Part shown: piece by piece, positions 59,848-64,000 of the stretch
Layout: every line of letters begins with the position of its first letter
Numbering within the stretch: position 1 is the stretch's first letter
NCBI GenBank assembly: GCA_964360785.1
Contig: CAYHXX010000001.1
Span: 73,334-137,333, forward strand
Source: an uncultured Gammaproteobacteria bacterium
GTDB lineage: Bacteria > Patescibacteriota > Microgenomatia > Woykebacterales > RBG-16-39-9b
Direction: 5' to 3'
DNA length: 64,000 bases
The notes under the pieces: model-generated
Database searches by the model: none
What the model was told of the DNA's origin: nothing
The model's input: only the letters and a program-made list of their open reading frames with translations
Program-made: the position numbers and the translations under genes

Positions 59848-61598
59848 TTTTTATTTGGGAGAGACTGACTAGCCAAAATAAAAAGCTCTTCAAGAGACTG
59901 CATTCCCAGATCTTCCCTCTCAAGAGTTCTGACAGCTACCTTTTTCTGGGCTTGTTCTTTATCACCAATAATCAGCATGTAGGGAATTTTTTGCAGCTGC
60001 GCATCTCGTATCTTTGCCCCCATTGGTTCGCTTTTACCATCAATCTCGACACGAAGATTCTCTTCCAACAACTTTTCCCTAACCTCCTGTGCATACTCAA
60101 TATGTCGGTCTGCTATTGGAATTATTTCAAATTGTACCGGAGCGAGCCAAAAAGGCAATTTACCACCATAATGCTCGATTAGAAAGGCCATAATACGCTC
60201 AAACGCTCCAATTGATGATCTGTGAATCACTACGGGTTGTACTTCTTTGCCGTTCTCATCGACGTAAGTAAGTTCGAATTTTTTCGGTTGGACAAAATCG
60301 TACTGTACAGTAAAGGCGGTTTCCTCTTTGCCAAGAACGTTTTTCATCTGAATATCTATTTTTGGCCCATAAAAAGCCGCTTCGTTTTCCGCTTCGAAGT
60401 AGGGAGCTATTGTTTCTTCCAGCACCGTTCTTAGAAGATTTTCAGCCTCTTTCCATGCCTTGGGATCTTTATAGTATTTCTTAGAGTCGGTAGGGTCTCC
60501 TAACGAAAGGCGAAAACGATAGTCTTTGCCCTTTTCCAAACCAAGGGTTTTGTTAATGAAGTCAATGAGTTCTAAAACCTTTTTAACTTCTTCCTTTGCT
60601 TGTGCCTTAGTACAAAAAATATGAGCATCTGCTAGGGTAAACATTCTTACCCGCATCAAACCTGAGAGCTCGCCGCTTTTTTCATAACGAAACTGTGGAG
60701 AAAGTTCGGCATAGCGCAGCGGTAATTCGCGATAGCTGTGCGGTTCGGATTTATAAAGCATGAAGTGATGGGGACAAGTCATTGGCCGCAATATTAGCTC
60801 GTCGTTGTCGACCTTCATCGGTGGATACATCGTATCTTTGTAGTACGGGTAGTGCCCTGAAGTTCTGTACAAATCGACTTTTGCCAAAGATGGTGTGACA
60901 ACATGTTGATAACCGCGCTTTAGTTCCTCATCTACCACAAATCTTTCCAACACGCGACGAATTGTGGTTCCTTTGGGAGTCAACAAAGGTAATCCCTGAC
61001 CAACTAGGTCGGAAAAAACAAAAAGCCCTAGTTCCTTACCCAGCTTACGGTGGTCATTATCTTTGGATTTTTCCAGTTTATCAAGATAATCGTCTAGTTC
61101 AGCCTTTGTTTCCCAGGCAGTGCCGTAAACACGTGTAAGTGAAGGATTTTTTTCACTACCCTTCCAATAAGCGGCTGCCAAGGAAATCAATTTGAAAGCT
61201 TTAATGCCCGAGGTATTAGTAATATGTGGTCCGGTACAAAGATCGACAAAATCCCCAGTTTTATAAAACGAAACCTGTTTCTCCCCTTTTTCCTTCAGAT
61301 CAGATATAAGTTCTGTTTTGAAAGATTCGTTTGCCTGTTTCGAGAATTCGAGAGCTTTATCGATCTGCATTTCAATACGCTCATAATCAAGTTTTTTCTT
61401 GACTAAGTTACTCATTTCAGCTTCAATCTGTGGAAGTTCCTCGGAAGAAAGGGGGTTTTTTAAAGACAAATCATAGTAAAAGCCGTTCTCCACCACGGGT
61501 CCAATACCAAGCTTAGTTTCTGGGTAAAGTTTTTTAACTGCCGCAGCAAGTAGATGGGCGGTGGAATGTCGAAGTTGATCTAGTTTCTGTTCGCTCAT
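59844..61598 (-). CDS. thrS: Threonine--tRNA ligase (no TGS domain)
   Basis: RHSTAHLL, DLCTGPH, DHRKLG, RPMTCPHH, AFYGPKID. Confidence 0.98.
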   Translation of the reverse strand: MSEQKLDQLRHSTAHLLAAAVKKLYPETKLGIGPVVENGFYYDLSLKNPLSSEELPQIEAEMSNLVKKKLDYERIEMQIDKALEFSKQANESFKTELISDLKEKGEKQVSFYKTGDFVDLCTGPHITNTSGIKAFKLISLAAAYWKGSEKNPSLTRVYGTAWETKAELDDYLDKLEKSKDNDHRKLGKELGLFVFSDLVGQGLPLLTPKGTTIRRVLERFVVDEELKRGYQHVVTPSLAKVDLYRTSGHYPYYKDTMYPPMKVDNDELILRPMTCPHHFMLYKSEPHSYRELPLRYAELSPQFRYEKSGELSGLMRVRMFTLADAHIFCTKAQAKEEVKKVLELIDFINKTLGLEKGKDYRFRLSLGDPTDSKKYYKDPKAWKEAENLLRTVLEETIAPYFEAENEAAFYGPKIDIQMKNVLGKEETAFTVQYDFVQPKKFELTYVDENGKEVQPVVIHRSSIGAFERIMAFLIEHYGGKLPFWLAPVQFEIIPIADRHIEYAQEVREKLLEENLRVEIDGKSEPMGAKIRDAQLQKIPYMLIIGDKEQAQKKVAVRTLEREDLGMQSLEELFILASQSLPNKK

Positions 61599-61837
61599 CT
61601 TGGAGAGGTGTTTTGGAGATAGTCGATAATATTTGAAATATACTGTCCAACAAAAGGCACGGTATTAAGTTGTCCCAGAATAAAAATTAGTAAACCAAAA
61701 ACGATGGTAGCGCCAATAGCACTTCCAACTCCAGCAAGTACCCCAGAAGCAAAGCTGTTAAATAAAACCTTTTTCTGGTTTACCTGTACATTTACATTGT
61801 CTTTTTCAGTCTCAATCTTGATAATGTGTTCAGACAT
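61595..61837 (-). CDS. Small membrane protein (DUF5665-like)
   Basis: NSFASGVLAGVGSAIGATIVFG, VPFVG. Confidence 0.75.
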   Translation of the reverse strand: MSEHIIKIETEKDNVNVQVNQKKVLFNSFASGVLAGVGSAIGATIVFGLLIFILGQLNTVPFVGQYISNIIDYLQNTSPR

Positions 61838-62016
61838 TACTTTTCTCTAGTTGTCAGTCTTAAAAAGGTTGTGATCAGAAGTAAAGTTGCGGAAACAAAT
61901 ATAACTAAAACTAAACCAATATCTGAAAGGATATTCCAGTTTAGCATACGGTCAGTGCCAGCAAATAAAAGTAGCATGATTGCTAGGATATCGATATAAA
62001 TTAAAGTTCTGGACAT
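61837..62016 (-). CDS. 59-aa two-TM protein
   Basis: GGAGG then ATG; MSRTLIYIDILAIMLLLF...; TAATG overlap with the next gene. Confidence 0.55.
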   Translation of the reverse strand: MSRTLIYIDILAIMLLLFAGTDRMLNWNILSDIGLVLVIFVSATLLLITTFLRLTTREK

Positions 62017-62050
62017 CTAGGCAGCCTCCTTAAGTAAATTCTAAAGTTTC

Positions 62051-62127
62051 TGGTGGACGGCACAGGGCTCGAACCTGTGACCTCCGCAATGTCAATGCGA
62101 CGCTCTAACCAACTGAGCTAGCCGTCC
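62051..62127 (-). tRNA. tRNA-Val(GAC)
   Basis: GGACGGCTAGCTCAGTTGGTTAGAGCGTCGCATTGACATTGCGGAGGTCACAGGTTCGAGCCCTGTGCCGTCCACCA; full cloverleaf with encoded CCA. Confidence 0.97.
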
Positions 62128-62207
62128 ATAAAAATTCACGAAGCGATCTACTTTGACCGAAGGTCAATGCATCCTAATCCAACTGACCTGCTTGTCGGTA
62201 GACAAGG

Positions 62208-62816
62208 CTAATTGTCCTTCTTGGATTTCTTCACCGTTCGCTCTTCCAATATCTTGTCAATTATACCATAGTTTTTAGCTTCAGCTGCGTTCATGAAGAA
62301 ATCTCGTTCAGTATCTTTCTCTACCTGGGTAGGTTTTTTACCGGTTTCTTTAGCAAGTATTTCATTCAAGCGTTTTTTCATTTTGAGCATTTCTTCAGCG
62401 TGGATTTGGATATCGGTTGCTTGTCCCTCTATCCCACCTAGTGGTTGGTGAATCATTATTTTTGAATTTGGCAAAACAATACGCTTGCCTTTTTTTCCTC
62501 CTGCCAGTAATACTGCGGCTCCAGAGGCGGCCATTCCGATACAAAAAGTGGAAACATCAGCCCTGATAAATTTCATAGTGTCGTAAATTGCTAGAGTTGA
62601 GTGGACATAGCCACCAGGTGAATTTATGTAAAAAGAAATATCAGCTTCAGAGTTTTCGTTGTCCAGAAAAAGAAGTTGAGCAATGATAATATTAGCAACA
62701 TCATCATTGATTGCCCCACCAAGAAAAATGATTCTTTCCTCGAGAAGGCGGCTGAAGATGTCGTAGGCACGCTCGCCATTTGGTTCGCGCTTAATAACCA
62801 TAGGTACCAAATCCAT
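62208..62816 (-). CDS. clpP: ATP-dependent Clp protease proteolytic subunit
   Basis: [36 protein letters not shown]. Confidence 0.98.
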   Translation of the reverse strand: MDLVPMVIKREPNGERAYDIFSRLLEERIIFLGGAINDDVANIIIAQLLFLDNENSEADISFYINSPGGYVHSTLAIYDTMKFIRADVSTFCIGMAASGAAVLLAGGKKGKRIVLPNSKIMIHQPLGGIEGQATDIQIHAEEMLKMKKRLNEILAKETGKKPTQVEKDTERDFFMNAAEAKNYGIIDKILEERTVKKSKKDN

Positions 62817-62966
62817 ATATTAATTCTTTCCCCTATGGTTACAGACTTCGAAGAAGTATATAACCATCGGTACTAGATCCATAAGTTTGAGTATTGTAAC
62901 AAACTATATCAACCAAGCAAATAGCTACTTTATTCATATGAAGCGTTCCTTTATTCCGATAAAGAG

Positions 62967-63878
62967 CTATTTTATTTCAACACTTGAGGCAGAACCTGAA
63001 ATTTCAATTTGTATCCTATTTGTTACATTGCCATAATTTGCAGTTGTGTAGATATTCTCCTTTTGTGTAAACCTCTTTGAATCCAGCTTTATATCTTTGA
63101 CCAGAGAGTCTATTTTCAACTGTGCCTCCAAGTCTGTTGGTATCTTGAGACGAATTTGTGCTGCCGTAGCCTTGATATAAGTTTTTGTATTTGCAACTTT
63201 GTTGTAAGAAATATCAATTTGTGAAGCCCCAGAATCTATCTCCAATTGATAAACATTGAGTTGTTCCAAATCTAGAATAAAGACACCGGCGTTTCCTTTG
63301 ATAAAAAGATAGGTTGGTACCAAGGGAGAAAGGTTCAGTTCAACAGTGTTTCCCAAATTACCTGAAAACGGCAAGTATTTCTCTGGTTGAGTAAAAGTAT
63401 ACTTGGCCTCATCAAATTTTCTATCCTCGACGATTTCTGGTTTGGGAAGTAATTTTGAATACTTGACCGAGGTTTTAAGAATCCGATCAGAAGTTTTCTC
63501 TAGGGAAACAACTTTCAAGTTATTACTTGGTAAATCGAAAACAAACTCGGCTTTGGTTAGATTACCTAAGGGTTTATCAAATCTTAGTGTTTCAGTAGCC
63601 AGGGGGTTTCCAGTTAAAGGATTGAGAATCAATAATATCGGTAAAAGAAATATCAGACCAATCAAAAAGAATACCGTTTTTGGTGCTGAGTTTCTCCCCA
63701 GTAGTACTTCGATTCCAAACAAGATTAAAAGAATTGGCCAGAATTTCCAAATATTCTGCCAAATTTCCCAGGGGAGCACCCCAAAATTATTAAGTAAGAA
63801 AATTATTCCTAATATAATTATTAGAATTGGACCTAGTGAAATACTTTTTCTAGAACGTTTTGATTCTGATTCGTACAT
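62967..63878 (-). CDS. LiaI/LiaF-like (DUF5668) membrane protein
   Basis: GIIFLLNNFG..W..IWKFWPILLILFGI followed by a beta-rich domain. Confidence 0.8.
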   Translation of the reverse strand: MYESESKRSRKSISLGPILIIILGIIFLLNNFGVLPWEIWQNIWKFWPILLILFGIEVLLGRNSAPKTVFFLIGLIFLLPILLILNPLTGNPLATETLRFDKPLGNLTKAEFVFDLPSNNLKVVSLEKTSDRILKTSVKYSKLLPKPEIVEDRKFDEAKYTFTQPEKYLPFSGNLGNTVELNLSPLVPTYLFIKGNAGVFILDLEQLNVYQLEIDSGASQIDISYNKVANTKTYIKATAAQIRLKIPTDLEAQLKIDSLVKDIKLDSKRFTQKENIYTTANYGNVTNRIQIEISGSASSVEIK

Positions 63879-64000
63879 TTTTAACCCAATTTTGAGGATT
63901 TATATTTGTTTGGATTATAAGCTCTTGCTCTGATAATTTCTATAGAACTAAGCTTGTGACGCTTTAACGTCCTTCTAAGCTCGGGAATTGTCGGTTTCTG

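Noticed and set aside
63881-64000. C-terminus of a minus-strand CDS entering from beyond the window
   Set aside because: Open frame of only ~39 codons; too little to assign a product

Overview
A 64-kb chromosomal segment from a small-genome bacterium, most likely Patescibacteria/CPR (Microgenomates-like). This is inferred from the trimmed ThrS, PheT and HolB, the lack of rimM between khpA and trmD, the CPR-style type IV pilus locus and the many apparently leaderless genes. The right two thirds is housekeeping: glyA, a sensor kinase, gyrAB, a full type IV pilus locus, trmD-khpA-rpsP, rnc-acp-nusB-rpmF, recG, tyrS, a class A PBP, pheST, rplT-rpmI-infC-tsaC-thrS, tRNA-Val(GAC) and clpP. The left 24 kb is accessory-rich, with many self-contained GC-richer cassettes carrying their own promoter, Shine-Dalgarno (SD) site and hairpin. 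The most striking region is a minus-strand island at about 9.9-12.1 kb with three parts: (i) a protein ending in ...PPTAGG (ubiquitin/MoaD-like) coupled to an uncharacterised Cys/His protein; (ii) a separately promoted ~290-nt structured RNA joining a tRNA-like T-arm domain to a stand-alone copy of the 23S rRNA L1 stalk; (iii) four tandem single-TM microproteins. Also notable: a second promoter-defined ~320-nt structured RNA divergent from dinB, a frameshifted RAYT transposase with dispersed GTGTCWGACAC palindromes, an ACP homolog lacking the phosphopantetheine serine, and a Trp/Arg-rich peptide ORF upstream of a Zn protease. All calls are by eye from sequence; no searches were run.
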